The position numbers and the translations under genes were made by a program. Positions 28,923 through 38,327 of a DNA stretch of 64,000 nucleotides are shown piece by piece. The DNA is from Minisyncoccia bacterium. GTDB taxonomy: Bacteria; Patescibacteriota; Minisyncoccia; UBA6257; 2-01-FULL-56-20. A model generated the notes under the pieces. That model searched no databases and was not told where the DNA came from. It worked only from the letters and a program-made list of their open reading frames with translations. The stretch spans positions 115,687 through 179,686 of the forward strand of contig JBEKRC010000003.1 in assembly GCA_049997875.1 (NCBI GenBank), in the 5' to 3' direction. Position 1 is the first letter of the stretch, and every line of letters starts with the position of its first letter.

Positions 28923-31130
28923 ATGGCACCGCTTGCCCTTGATTCTCCTTTGTTTGAGGTTGTGGGCGCTCGGGTCCCGCTCCTTCGGCAACTGGAAAAG
29001 CTCGGCGTCACGACCGTCGGCGATCTTCTCTATTATTTCCCGTTCCGCTACGAAGATTTTTCAAAAATCTACGCCATTGCGGACCTTGAGCCCGGCCAGC
29101 AGGCGACCATACAAGCAACCATTGAGGAAATCTCTTTCCGGCATACCTGGAAGAAGCGGATGAGTATCGTAGAAGCAATACTTGCGGACACCTCCGGCTC
29201 CATCCGCGCCGTATGGTTCAACCAACCCTACGTGGCAAACGTCCTCAAAGTCGGCCGCCTCGCGAACTTCGCGGGGAAAGTTTCGCTTTCCGAAGAGGGC
29301 GAAGTGTATTTGAGCCATCCGGCGTACGAGGTGATCCGCCGCCCCCTTGGCACGGCATCCGCTGCGGATGCCGAAGTGGTGCTGGACAGGCAAACCAAGC
29401 ACACTGCGCGGCTCGTGCCTATTTATCCGGAAACGCGCGGCCTTACCTCCCGCGGCATCCGCTTCGTCATGCAGTCGGTCCTCCGGCGGACGCCGCTGCT
29501 CACGGAGTGGATCCCACCCGCCATCCTCACCGAATTCCGCCTTCCCGAGCTCGGCGAGGCAATCGCATCGGTCCATTTTCCAAAACATCTTGACGACGCC
29601 CTCGCCGCAAAAAAGCGATTTGCGTTTGAAGACCTTTTTCTTCTCCAGCTTTTCAATCTCCAGCAGAAACTCACGCTTTCCCGGGAACGAGCGCCGGCCA
29701 TCGCCGCCGATATTCCGAAAGTAAAGAGGGTGCTTTCCGCGCTGCCGTTCATGCTCACCGCGTCGCAGAAGAAATCACTCTGGGAAATCATGCAGGACAT
29801 GGCACGGCCGCGGCCGATGAATCGCCTGCTCCAGGGAGACGTGGGTTCCGGAAAAACCGTCGTTGCGGCCATCGCCGCAATGAGCGCGGCCACGAACGGT
29901 TTCCAGACCGCCTTCATGGCGCCCACGGAGATCCTCGCGCACCAGCATTTTGAAACCATGAAGAAGCTTTTTGATGATACCGCAGAGCATGGCACCGCGA
30001 TCGGCCTTCTCACGGCGAGCGGCGGCACCGTCTTTTATGAAAACGGCGTTGAGGCGAAAATGCCGAAACCCGCGTTGCACGCGAAGACCGCGCTGGGGGA
30101 AATTGCGATCGTTTTCGGCACGCATGCGCTCATCCAAAAGTCGGTGTATTTCAAAAATCTTGGTTTTGTCATTGTTGACGAGCAGCACCGCTTCGGCGTG
30201 CGCCAGCGCGCCGAACTCTCCGCAAAGAAAGGCGGTCTCACGCCCCATTTCCTAAGCATGTCGGCGACGCCGATCCCGCGGACGCTCATGCTTACGGTGT
30301 TCGGCGATCTTGATCTCTCGCTCATTACGGAACTCCCGGCGGGCAGGAAACCGATCGCGACGAAGCTTGTCCCTCCACTTGAACGGGCCGCCGCCTACAC
30401 CTTCGTGCGCGGCGAGATCAAGCAGGGCCGGCAGGCATTCGTTATCTGCCCGCGCATTGAACCGGCCGAAGTGCAAGCAGGGCAAGCGGGACAAGCGGGG
30501 CAAGCGGCAAAAACCGGCGAGCGCAAACAAATAAAAACGCTGGAGCTGAAATCGGTGAAAGAAGAATATGAAAAATTATCAAAAAACGTTTTCCCCGACC
30601 TCGCAATCGCAACGCTCCACGGCCAGATGAAAGCAAGTGAAAAAGACGGCGTCATGCGGCAATTCAGGGACAAACAATTTGATATTCTCGTCACGACCTC
30701 CGTCGTGGAAGTCGGCGTGGACATCCCGAACGCGACGATCATGATGATAGAGGGCGCCGAACGGTTCGGCCTCGCCCAGCTCTATCAGTTCCGCGGCCGC
30801 GTGGGGCGGGGCGAGCACCAATCCTATTGCTTCCTCATGGCGGACTCAAACGCAAAAACCGCGCATGCGCGGCTCAAAGCGATCCTTGAAGCGAAAAACG
30901 GGTTTGAACTCGCAGAAAAGGATCTCGCCCTGCGTGGCCCCGGCCAATTTTTCGGAGAAATCCAGACGGGGCTTCCCGATGTCGCCATGGAAGCGCTCCG
31001 CGACCCGGAGCTTGTAAAGGCGAGCCGCGACGCGGCGATCAAGACCATCCAAGCCGACCCTTCCTTAAAAACCCACCCCTTGCTCAAGACGAAGCTCACG
31101 AAGTTCCGAAACAGGATTCATCAGGAATAA
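28923..31130 (+). CDS. recG: ATP-dependent DNA helicase RecG
   Basis: GDVGSGKT, DEQHRFG, and helicase C motifs; contains a QAGQAGQAGQAA low-complexity insert. Confidence 0.9.
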   Translation: MAPLALDSPLFEVVGARVPLLRQLEKLGVTTVGDLLYYFPFRYEDFSKIYAIADLEPGQQATIQATIEEISFRHTWKKRMSIVEAILADTSGSIRAVWFNQPYVANVLKVGRLANFAGKVSLSEEGEVYLSHPAYEVIRRPLGTASAADAEVVLDRQTKHTARLVPIYPETRGLTSRGIRFVMQSVLRRTPLLTEWIPPAILTEFRLPELGEAIASVHFPKHLDDALAAKKRFAFEDLFLLQLFNLQQKLTLSRERAPAIAADIPKVKRVLSALPFMLTASQKKSLWEIMQDMARPRPMNRLLQGDVGSGKTVVAAIAAMSAATNGFQTAFMAPTEILAHQHFETMKKLFDDTAEHGTAIGLLTASGGTVFYENGVEAKMPKPALHAKTALGEIAIVFGTHALIQKSVYFKNLGFVIVDEQHRFGVRQRAELSAKKGGLTPHFLSMSATPIPRTLMLTVFGDLDLSLITELPAGRKPIATKLVPPLERAAAYTFVRGEIKQGRQAFVICPRIEPAEVQAGQAGQAGQAAKTGERKQIKTLELKSVKEEYEKLSKNVFPDLAIATLHGQMKASEKDGVMRQFRDKQFDILVTTSVVEVGVDIPNATIMMIEGAERFGLAQLYQFRGRVGRGEHQSYCFLMADSNAKTAHARLKAILEAKNGFELAEKDLALRGPGQFFGEIQTGLPDVAMEALRDPELVKASRDAAIKTIQADPSLKTHPLLKTKLTKFRNRIHQE

Positions 31131-31134
31131 TACC

Positions 31135-32205
31135 TTACTGCCACCACTCAACGATCACAATGCCGGTGCCGCCGGTGCCGCCGCTCGCGCCAGCGGTGGT
31201 GGTGGCGGTACCGGCGCCGCCGCCGCCGCCACCAGCGGCGGTGCCGCCGGTGCCGCCGGCGGTGCTGGCAGGACCGCCGACCTTGGCACCGGTGCCGCCA
31301 GCACCGCCAGTGCCGCTACCATAGCCGCCATAGCCACCACCGCCACCGCCACCACCGCTGGCACCGCCGGCACCACCACCGTTAGGGGCACCACCAGCAC
31401 CGCCATTGCCGAAAACACCGCCACCGCCACCGCCAGCGCCAGCGACGTTGGTGGCGGCTGTGGCGGCGGCGCCGGCGTTGTAGCCGCCGCCACCACCGCC
31501 ACCGTAGCCATAGATGCCGTTGCCGTTACCCCCGCCAGCGCCACCACTACCGGCGACACCGCCAGCACCGCCACCGCTGATGACGCCGGCGCCGCCGCCG
31601 GCACCGCCGCCATAGCCGCCACCGGTGCCGCCGCTTAGGTTGGCGGAACCAGCGCTGCCAGCACCGCCACCACCGCCACCGCTAGCCACAACAAGCGTCC
31701 CAAAAGAAGAAGCAGCACCTGAACCGCCGGCGCCACCGGCACCGCCACCGCCACCGCCGGCGCCGACCGTAACCGAAACACTACTACTGGTTGCCGCAAC
31801 AGGATAACGCACATAACACACGCCGCCACCACCACCGCCGCCGGGACTACCTGAATATGCAGCTGCGCCGTTGCCACCGCCGCCGCCACCGCCGCCACCA
31901 CCGCATACCGTTACCCACACCGTAGACGTCGCTAAAGAAGTCGTCCACGTGCCACTCGCAGTGAAGATCTGTATCTGCGGCGTTTTCCCGCCGCTTCCCG
32001 CGAGAATGGCGGTATCAACATACGCCTTCGTTGCCGCATCACTGGATGCCGTCGTCGTCGTAAGCCCCGTGATGCGGGCGGGAATCGTGATCACGCCGCT
32101 CACGGAGGCGTTCACCTCGTTCAGGCGGCTATAAAGGTAAAGCGCCGCCGCGAATGCGACAATCGCAAACATTGCAACGATGAGAATCTTGTACTTCGTT
32201 TCCAT
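31135..32205 (-). CDS. Gly-rich membrane-anchored protein (poly-GGxGG low complexity)
   Basis: N-terminal TM METKYKILIVAMF; more than 50 percent Gly/Ala with GGAGG repeats. Confidence 0.65.
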   Translation of the reverse strand: METKYKILIVAMFAIVAFAAALYLYSRLNEVNASVSGVITIPARITGLTTTTASSDAATKAYVDTAILAGSGGKTPQIQIFTASGTWTTSLATSTVWVTVCGGGGGGGGGGNGAAAYSGSPGGGGGGGVCYVRYPVAATSSSVSVTVGAGGGGGGAGGAGGSGAASSFGTLVVASGGGGGGAGSAGSANLSGGTGGGYGGGAGGGAGVISGGGAGGVAGSGGAGGGNGNGIYGYGGGGGGGYNAGAAATAATNVAGAGGGGGGVFGNGGAGGAPNGGGAGGASGGGGGGGGYGGYGSGTGGAGGTGAKVGGPASTAGGTGGTAAGGGGGGAGTATTTAGASGGTGGTGIVIVEWWQ

Positions 32206-32228
32206 TGCTGTGCAGTATTCGTTCTTCT

Positions 32229-32951
32229 TTAGTGTAGCATCCCCAGAAATGAGTCCCCTGTGGATAATCGAGGCACCGCGGGCCCCACCGCGACGTCCAC
32301 CTTCCCCTTGAAATCGCCGGCGCTTGCGAGGCCGAACCACGTGCTGTCAATGCTCCCCGCCGGATTGTTTCCCAGGACAAGATAGGCGTCGGCCAGAATG
32401 ATGCCGCCCTGATCGCCCACATAGAGCGCGAGCATCCGATCCGCGGCATCCGACACGAGGTAGGTTTCCCCTTGCGCGTTCACAAGCGGCGCGCCGTTTA
32501 TGAGGATGTGCCACCGGGAGCCGCTTTTTTGGAACGCGAGCGTATCTCCCGGCACTCCCATCACGCTTTTCACAAGATCCTCCGGCCCGCCGTAATCGTA
32601 ATCAACGATATCCCCGCGCGCCACCGCGTGGCAGGCGTAATAATTTTGGAGCACCGTGACGCGCTCGCCGTCGGAGAGAATTCCCTCCATGGAAGTCCCG
32701 CGCACGGTCACAGTCTCTTCCCGCACCGTGCAATTCGCAGTTTGCGGCGACGCGCTTGGCAGGGCCGTCGCGGCGGCCGACGCCGCACTCGCCGCCGCGG
32801 CCGAAAACAGCTCGTCTCTGCCGTTTTGAAGCGCGAATGAATTTCTGAAAACGACCAAGGTAACGAGCGCGAGCGCCGCGCCTACCGCGGCGCCGAGCAT
32901 GCTACATTTCGCTGCTGATGTAAGAAATCCGCGCATGAAAAATCTGCGCAT
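32229..32951 (-). CDS. lepB: Signal peptidase I (S26)
   Basis: GTSMEGIL (Ser box), RGDIVDY, KSVMGVPGDTL and GNNPAGSIDS boxes. Confidence 0.8.
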   Translation of the reverse strand: MRRFFMRGFLTSAAKCSMLGAAVGAALALVTLVVFRNSFALQNGRDELFSAAAASAASAAATALPSASPQTANCTVREETVTVRGTSMEGILSDGERVTVLQNYYACHAVARGDIVDYDYGGPEDLVKSVMGVPGDTLAFQKSGSRWHILINGAPLVNAQGETYLVSDAADRMLALYVGDQGGIILADAYLVLGNNPAGSIDSTWFGLASAGDFKGKVDVAVGPAVPRLSTGDSFLGMLH

Positions 32952-32961
32952 GGGCCGAGCG

Positions 32962-34164
32962 CTATGGCTTCGCGGGAACCAGGAGCCCCGGCGTAGTCGC
33001 ATCATCGGAAGCGTTGGGCCATTGCTGTGAATCAAACCGCGGCGCGGTCAGGCGGTAGCTCGCTTCAAGCGAACCCGGAGCCGAAGCTAGCGACGAAGCC
33101 GATGAACCGGGAACGCCGTACACGGTCAGGCGGTCGTTCGCGGCGTCCTTCTCGTACCACACGGCACCGTCAAACGACGGCGTGAGGAGCACCGACAAAT
33201 TGCTCCATCCTTCGCCGAAATCAGTCACCTGCGAAAAGAGCCAGAGGTCGGAGCCTTTTTCCAAATCGCCGAAATCAATCACCGCCTTCCACGTACCGGC
33301 AGCCGTCGTACCGCCCGCCGCCGGTTGCATCCGGAGCACTCCCGTCGTTTCTTCTTTCTGCCCCGTCATCCCCGCGCCGTAGGTGGCATACTTCTCCCCG
33401 CCGATGTTGTAGATCGGATCGTAGGTGCCCGCGGTGATCTTACCCGCGCCGCCGCCGACGACCACTGTGTCACCCGCGGCGGTGCCGAAGCGTGCCGTCG
33501 TGGAGCCGCCGCTTGCAACGTCAAACTCATACGCCGGAGTCAGGTTATTAATACCGATATTCGTGCTGCTGCTCACGAAATCAATGATGTTGTTCAGGGA
33601 GGCCCATAGGTTGGTTTGGGTTCCCAGGCCATACACCCCCGTGGAAGAAGGCACGACGGGTGAATCAAAGGTCGCCGCGGAAACCCGCGCGATGGACGTC
33701 TGAAACGCTTCCGAAAACGCCTGGAGAAGATTTGACGGGTTATAGGTCATCGTGAACGCGACGCTCAATGTGTCGTGCGACGGAGGGTTTGCACGCTTCG
33801 TGAATGAAAGATTGGTGACTGCCACCTTGGGGGAAGTGAGCGGCTGCAGCGCGCCGCTCCCCTGTTGGAGGTACACCGTGCCGCTCGAGAGCGTAAAGTA
33901 CGTGGGATCCGACGAACTGGCCGCCACCCGCAATTTCAATGTCGTGGAGGACGTGTCCGGCGGCATCTCAATCAAACTGGACTGCTGGACATAAAACTGG
34001 ATTTTCTGCAAGAGAAATTGGCTCTGCGCTTCCACTTCCGCGGCTGCGGTCTGGTTCGTCTGCACCCGCATCACGGAAACGAAGGCGCCAACCGAAACCA
34101 CCACGACCGCGGCAAAAATCGCCGCGTAAAGCAAGATTTCTACTATCCCAAATGCCTTGTTCAT
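32962..34164 (-). CDS. Pseudopilin-like secreted protein (atypical prepilin N-terminus KA/FGIVEIL)
   Basis: Hydrophobic N-terminus with Glu at +5 relative to Ala-Phe. Confidence 0.65.
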   Translation of the reverse strand: MNKAFGIVEILLYAAIFAAVVVVSVGAFVSVMRVQTNQTAAAEVEAQSQFLLQKIQFYVQQSSLIEMPPDTSSTTLKLRVAASSSDPTYFTLSSGTVYLQQGSGALQPLTSPKVAVTNLSFTKRANPPSHDTLSVAFTMTYNPSNLLQAFSEAFQTSIARVSAATFDSPVVPSSTGVYGLGTQTNLWASLNNIIDFVSSSTNIGINNLTPAYEFDVASGGSTTARFGTAAGDTVVVGGGAGKITAGTYDPIYNIGGEKYATYGAGMTGQKEETTGVLRMQPAAGGTTAAGTWKAVIDFGDLEKGSDLWLFSQVTDFGEGWSNLSVLLTPSFDGAVWYEKDAANDRLTVYGVPGSSASSLASAPGSLEASYRLTAPRFDSQQWPNASDDATTPGLLVPAKP

Positions 34165-34181
34165 CTCTTATCTTTATTATA

Positions 34182-35714
34182 TCATCTGGCGCCCTTTTCA
34201 CTTGTGGACAAACTTCCACCCCGTCCTTTGGGCGTTACCCAAAAACCCAAACGCCACCGCCCGCCGAGCATGAGCCGCGTTTGCGCTTCAAGCCCGGGGA
34301 AGGCGCCGAAAATAATCAGCGTGAGCGGCATGAAAATCCACTGCAAAAGATAAACAAGGTAATCGTGCCAGCGGAGGCCGCCGGACGGCTTCGGCGGCAG
34401 AAGAAGAATGGCGAGGATCGCGGAGCTCGCGATACCGATCATGGAAAGCGAGATGATGAACCGCGTGATCCGTGGCAGGCTGTAGGAAAGCAACGTGTAA
34501 CCAAAATGCTGTCCGCCGAGGACAAGCGGCAGCCATCCCAGCGCGAAGATCATAAGCGAGTTCGTGGCCCACGAATGGAATCCTTCAATTACATTGAATG
34601 TCCAGTAACGTTTTTTCGCCGGTGGAATCACGGGGTCGCGGCGGAATCCCTGGAGCATATAGGGGATATTCTCCGCGCCCCATCCCCACCGCCGCTGCTG
34701 GCGGTAAAGATTTTTCATTGTGGCCCAAAAGGTCGGCGCAACGTTCGCATCCATGGAGACCGGGTACAAGAGCGGCTCCACGCGGAAGTCGCCGTGATAG
34801 CGGAGGTATCCCTGCCAGAAGATCCGTGAATCCTCGGATACGATGTCTTTCTGCCAGAAGCCGACGTCCAAAAGCATCCGGAACGGAATAGATTGCGAAG
34901 AAAAGGACGTCAGGCGCTCCGGACGCGACTGCTGCATCATCTGCCAGAAGGTCGTGGAGAACGCGACGACGCGGGCAAGCGCCGGTGCCTCGTGGATATT
35001 GTTCGTGAAAAGCGGAATGGGCTGGTAAATGGCGCGCAGGCGATTTTCGGCGTTCAAAAACACATAGGTGAGCCGCCCGAAATATTCCGGGAAGACCTGC
35101 GTGTCCACGTCAAATACCGACACGAGGATATTTTCATACCGCAATTGCAACGGGTCAATGAGCGTTTCTTTTGCGCGGAGCGCCGCCCACGTTTCATTGG
35201 AACCCTTGCCGGGAATCTCGCCCGGCAAGTCCGTGGGATGCACCGTGAGAAGGAAACGGAAAAACCGCGCGCCAAATTCTTTTTTGATCCGCTCCCCCAC
35301 CGCGCGCGCCGCCTCCCCGCCGCGCGCCTCAACCGCGAGCACGACAAGTAATTTTTCTTTCGGATAATGCGCCGTGGCGAGCCGTGCGAAGCTTTCGCGC
35401 ACCACCTCGTATGGCTCGCGATACATCGGAAAGACGACCACATGATACACGTCTTCCCATGCAACAACATTCTTGTTCGCCTCGGGATTCGTCTCGGAAA
35501 GCTTCTCGCGCCAATTGACGCCCATGTTGCGCTTCATCGCGGAAAACGCCGCGCGGAGATGGAGCGACAGATACACGGTCTTCAAAAGCCAATAGATGTC
35601 AAAAAGGATGATGAAAACGGAAACCCACACGGGCAGGAACCGCGAAAGCAAAACCATAAGGACGATCGTCGCCCACGCAAGACCGCCGGGAAGGATCTCA
35701 AAAAACCGGTTCAC
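34182..35714 (-). CDS. Family 2 glycosyltransferase, processive type (cellulose-synthase-like)
   Basis: QQRRWGWG (QxxRW) motif; multiple TM helices. Confidence 0.85.
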   Translation of the reverse strand: MNRFFEILPGGLAWATIVLMVLLSRFLPVWVSVFIILFDIYWLLKTVYLSLHLRAAFSAMKRNMGVNWREKLSETNPEANKNVVAWEDVYHVVVFPMYREPYEVVRESFARLATAHYPKEKLLVVLAVEARGGEAARAVGERIKKEFGARFFRFLLTVHPTDLPGEIPGKGSNETWAALRAKETLIDPLQLRYENILVSVFDVDTQVFPEYFGRLTYVFLNAENRLRAIYQPIPLFTNNIHEAPALARVVAFSTTFWQMMQQSRPERLTSFSSQSIPFRMLLDVGFWQKDIVSEDSRIFWQGYLRYHGDFRVEPLLYPVSMDANVAPTFWATMKNLYRQQRRWGWGAENIPYMLQGFRRDPVIPPAKKRYWTFNVIEGFHSWATNSLMIFALGWLPLVLGGQHFGYTLLSYSLPRITRFIISLSMIGIASSAILAILLLPPKPSGGLRWHDYLVYLLQWIFMPLTLIIFGAFPGLEAQTRLMLGGRWRLGFWVTPKGRGGSLSTSEKGAR

Positions 35715-36169
35715 AATCCAAAGAGGAACAACCGGTCCAGCGAATAGGCCCCCGCGCCGTTCAGCGCAAGCACAAGAAGGGCCGCGAGGATGAGAAGATC
35801 AAATTCCCATCCGCCCACAAAGGGCTGCCTCTTTACGAGCTTCCAAACGACGATCGTCACGAACTGAAGCGCAAGCAGGGCCGCGATAGTAGGGGTGAAA
35901 ATCCCGAGGAGCAATCCGATGCCGCCGCCCGCAAATTCAAGGAGTGCGACGATCGTCCCCCAGAAAAATCCAGGCTTAAACCCCATCCCATCAAATGCCG
36001 CAGCCGTCTGTTTCAGACTTTTTATTTTTTGCCAGCCGTGGACAAGGAAAATGAGCGCGAGCGCGATGCGCAGCGCAAGGATCCCCATGCCACCGTAAAA
36101 GAAAAAAATGGAAAGCATAATAACGGTACAAAAGCAGACAAAAGCGAACCGACCTTTCAAAATGCGCAA
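35711..36169 (-). CDS. DoxX family membrane protein
   Basis: Four TM helices; DoxX-like pattern. Confidence 0.75.
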   Translation of the reverse strand: MRILKGRFAFVCFCTVIMLSIFFFYGGMGILALRIALALIFLVHGWQKIKSLKQTAAAFDGMGFKPGFFWGTIVALLEFAGGGIGLLLGIFTPTIAALLALQFVTIVVWKLVKRQPFVGGWEFDLLILAALLVLALNGAGAYSLDRLFLFGL

Positions 36170-36214
36170 CGCTATTATATTATAGCAAGCGTAGTCCCCG
36201 CGCGCAGCTGCGGC

Positions 36215-36286
36215 GGCCTCATCGTCTAATGGCTAGGACGGCGCCCTTTCACGGCGTAAATCCGGGTTCGATTCCCGGTGGGGCTA
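36215..36286 (+). tRNA. tRNA-Glu (TTC)
   Basis: Acceptor GGCCTCA/TGGGGCT with two GU pairs; anticodon loop CTTTCAC; T-arm CCGGGTTCGATTCCCGG. Confidence 0.75.
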
Positions 36287-36299
36287 CGGGCAAAGCAAA

Positions 36300-36364
36300 A
36301 GGGATTTGAAAGGAGTACTCAGAAGGGCTCCTTTCAAATCCCTTTTGCTTTGCTTTGTCTTCTA
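36300..36364 (+). terminator. Long perfect hairpin (26-bp stem) terminator after tRNA-Glu
   Basis: GCAAAGCAAAAGGGATTTGAAAGGAG, loop, then the reverse complement, followed by TTTGTCTTCT. Confidence 0.55.
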
Positions 36365-36366
36365 TC

Positions 36367-36493
36367 GGGAATCGAACGAGGAAAGGGGTCGGGGAAACCC
36401 TAGGTTTCCCCGTGTAGGAAGGTCGCGCGTTGCGCGCGACAGTTCGGCACCGAGGGTGCCGAAAGCGCAGGGCGCGAAGCGCCCGAGCAGTGA
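36367..36493 (+). ncRNA. Conserved structured element E2, homologous to E1
   Basis: Shares GGGAATCGAACGAGGAAAGGGGTCGGGGAAACCYTAGGTTTCCCCGTGT, AAAGCGCAGG and GAGCAGTGA blocks with E1; variable hairpins co-vary. Confidence 0.4.
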
Positions 36494-36517
36494 GATTCCC
36501 GGTGGGGCTACGAAAAT
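36494..36517 (+). repeat. Duplicate of the tRNA-Glu 3' end (GATTCCCGGTGGGGCTACGAAAAT); att-like direct repeat, copy 2
   Basis: Its first 20 nt are identical to tRNA-Glu 36268-36287; its last 20 nt (36498-36517) are identical to 37795-37814. Confidence 0.7.
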
Positions 36518-36577
36518 CCCGTAGATGCCAGAAATAAGAAAGCTGCGGGATCTCTTCAGACCCCGCAGATGTAATCC

Positions 36578-37498
36578 CTAACTCTTGGCAGCCAGTTTTT
36601 CAATCTCGCGATCGAGTGCTGCTTTCTTCTGTTCCGCCTCACGAATCGCTTCGAGCCGTTTGTGTTCCTTCGCTCTCAAATCGTACTCTTTGAGGAACCA
36701 AGCGGCCTTTGAGCCGACATAGCACGCCTCGTCGATCGTGGCAGCCAGGCGGTTCTTCGTTACGGGATGGTACGACGTCTTGAGTTCATTGCGCAAGGCG
36801 ATCTCTTTGAGTTTAGCGAGACATGCCTCGTCAAGCTCAAGTATCCACTCCCTCAACACATCGATCCTTTCCAACTGGGCAAAGACTTCAACCATCCAGG
36901 GCTTCGCCGCATCCACCCGAACGCGCGTTGCGGCGATACGTTTTTCTGCTTCATCTTTCTTGCTCGCGTCGTACCATTGCGTACCCGGCTCTTTCCATTT
37001 CCAGATGAAATTCGCCAGATTCAGTAGGAAGTCGAGGGCCTGCTGCTCGTTGTGAGACTGTTCCTCGCGATACGGAAGATTGCGGATTTCCACGCCATTG
37101 TCGAACCGTCGTTTCTCGACCCTGAAGAAGTTCTGGATGATTGGGAAAAGCCGTTCGGAGACAACCGTTCCCTCCCAGAACTCGTTAAACCTATCACCAT
37201 AACGGCCTCCTTCCAGAAGCTCCGCCTTGAAAAAATTCAAACAGAGCATGTCGAAGGCTTTGCGCGCCAACTGATGGCGGAGGTCGCTCTGCGTCTTTTG
37301 GATGCGTCTTCCGTTCGAGTCATACCCGAGATCGTACTCCTTACTCCCATCGGTTGGGAGCTGGAGCAAATAACGGTCCGCCCAGCCGTCGGCAATGATG
37401 AGATAGAACATGATCCGATCAATGCGGTCATATTTTTTCTCCCCGTCATGCCGTTGCTCAAGCGAAATACTGAATCCGACATGGAGCAAGCTCTCCAT
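36578..37498 (-). CDS. Hypothetical protein (306 aa), cargo of the tRNA-Glu-linked cassette
   Basis: Long ORF, mostly helical with a coiled-coil C-terminus; no recognisable motif. Confidence 0.65.
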   Translation of the reverse strand: MESLLHVGFSISLEQRHDGEKKYDRIDRIMFYLIIADGWADRYLLQLPTDGSKEYDLGYDSNGRRIQKTQSDLRHQLARKAFDMLCLNFFKAELLEGGRYGDRFNEFWEGTVVSERLFPIIQNFFRVEKRRFDNGVEIRNLPYREEQSHNEQQALDFLLNLANFIWKWKEPGTQWYDASKKDEAEKRIAATRVRVDAAKPWMVEVFAQLERIDVLREWILELDEACLAKLKEIALRNELKTSYHPVTKNRLAATIDEACYVGSKAAWFLKEYDLRAKEHKRLEAIREAEQKKAALDREIEKLAAKS

Positions 37499-37794
37499 CC
37501 ACTGGAAATCCTCTGCCCCCTGCCAGCGTGCAAGAAACTCGTGCCAATTGCGAATCGGTCGAATTTCCCGCGTAAGAAGCGTGTGAATCGCAACTTCGTC
37601 TTTCTATGTTTGTGTAGGCACGGTGTGCCTCCTTTTTGGGTTATGCCCCGCACTGTGACGGGACGATACAACTACCCAAAACTTACTCTTGCTGCCCGTG
37701 TTGTCAAGCACCACAAAATCCTTCAATACATTAGAATTGCTTGTTGTACTGCCCTCCACCCCCCATTTCCCTCATAATCCGGTTCCAACTATAT

Positions 37795-37814
37795 CCCGGT
37801 GGGGCTACGAAAAT
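37795..37814 (+). repeat. att-like direct repeat copy 3 (CCCGGTGGGGCTACGAAAAT)
   Basis: Exact 20-nt repeat of 36498-36517. Confidence 0.7.
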
Positions 37815-37926
37815 ATTTTGAAACAATCAGATCTGAAATCGCAATGAGTTTGTAAGCTCAGATCTGTGGTGGACGGCTCCTCGGGAACCGTCCACCAAAC
37901 CATTCTAGGATTCCTCCCTGCAAAGG

Positions 37927-38193
37927 TCAGGCAAGGATTTCATGCTGGGACGCAGGTGCTAGGTAAAGGCAATGGCCAGGGTTTAGCCGGTGCCTGGGAG
38001 TCATGGCACAGTACCAATCCCCGTGAACCTGAACGACCCAAAGCTTTCCTTCCTCGTCAGGCCCGCACCCACAAGGGAGCGGCATTTTTACCCTCGGCGA
38101 AACTTCACACACCCGCTGACCTTCAAAATACGAGCTACAAGCGCTCCGCCATTGATCAAACGTCATGGCGGGCTTCAGAGTGCTCGTCAGCAT
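37927..38193 (-). CDS. Hypothetical Cys-containing small protein (88 aa)
   Basis: Strong GAGGAGGT RBS 8 nt upstream of the ATG at 38193. Confidence 0.45.
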   Translation of the reverse strand: MLTSTLKPAMTFDQWRSACSSYFEGQRVCEVSPRVKMPLPCGCGPDEEGKLWVVQVHGDWYCAMTPRHRLNPGHCLYLAPASQHEILA

Positions 38194-38327
38194 TGACGTT
38201 TACCTCCTCATCTTTTTTATGGCCAATGGAATCAAGCCTAACGCCAATGTACAATATGAGAAATCTTTCCGCAAGAATAATCCCGCTCGTTGTTCTACTG
38301 CTAGGAAGGGATACTTCGTGCTTCTCC

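Noticed and set aside
36367-36517. A minus-strand tRNA inside element E2, because GGGAATCGAACG is the reverse complement of a T-arm
   Set aside because: The reverse complement does not fold into a cloverleaf: the T-stem pairs fail, and the span is 140 nt with no acceptor or anticodon arms.
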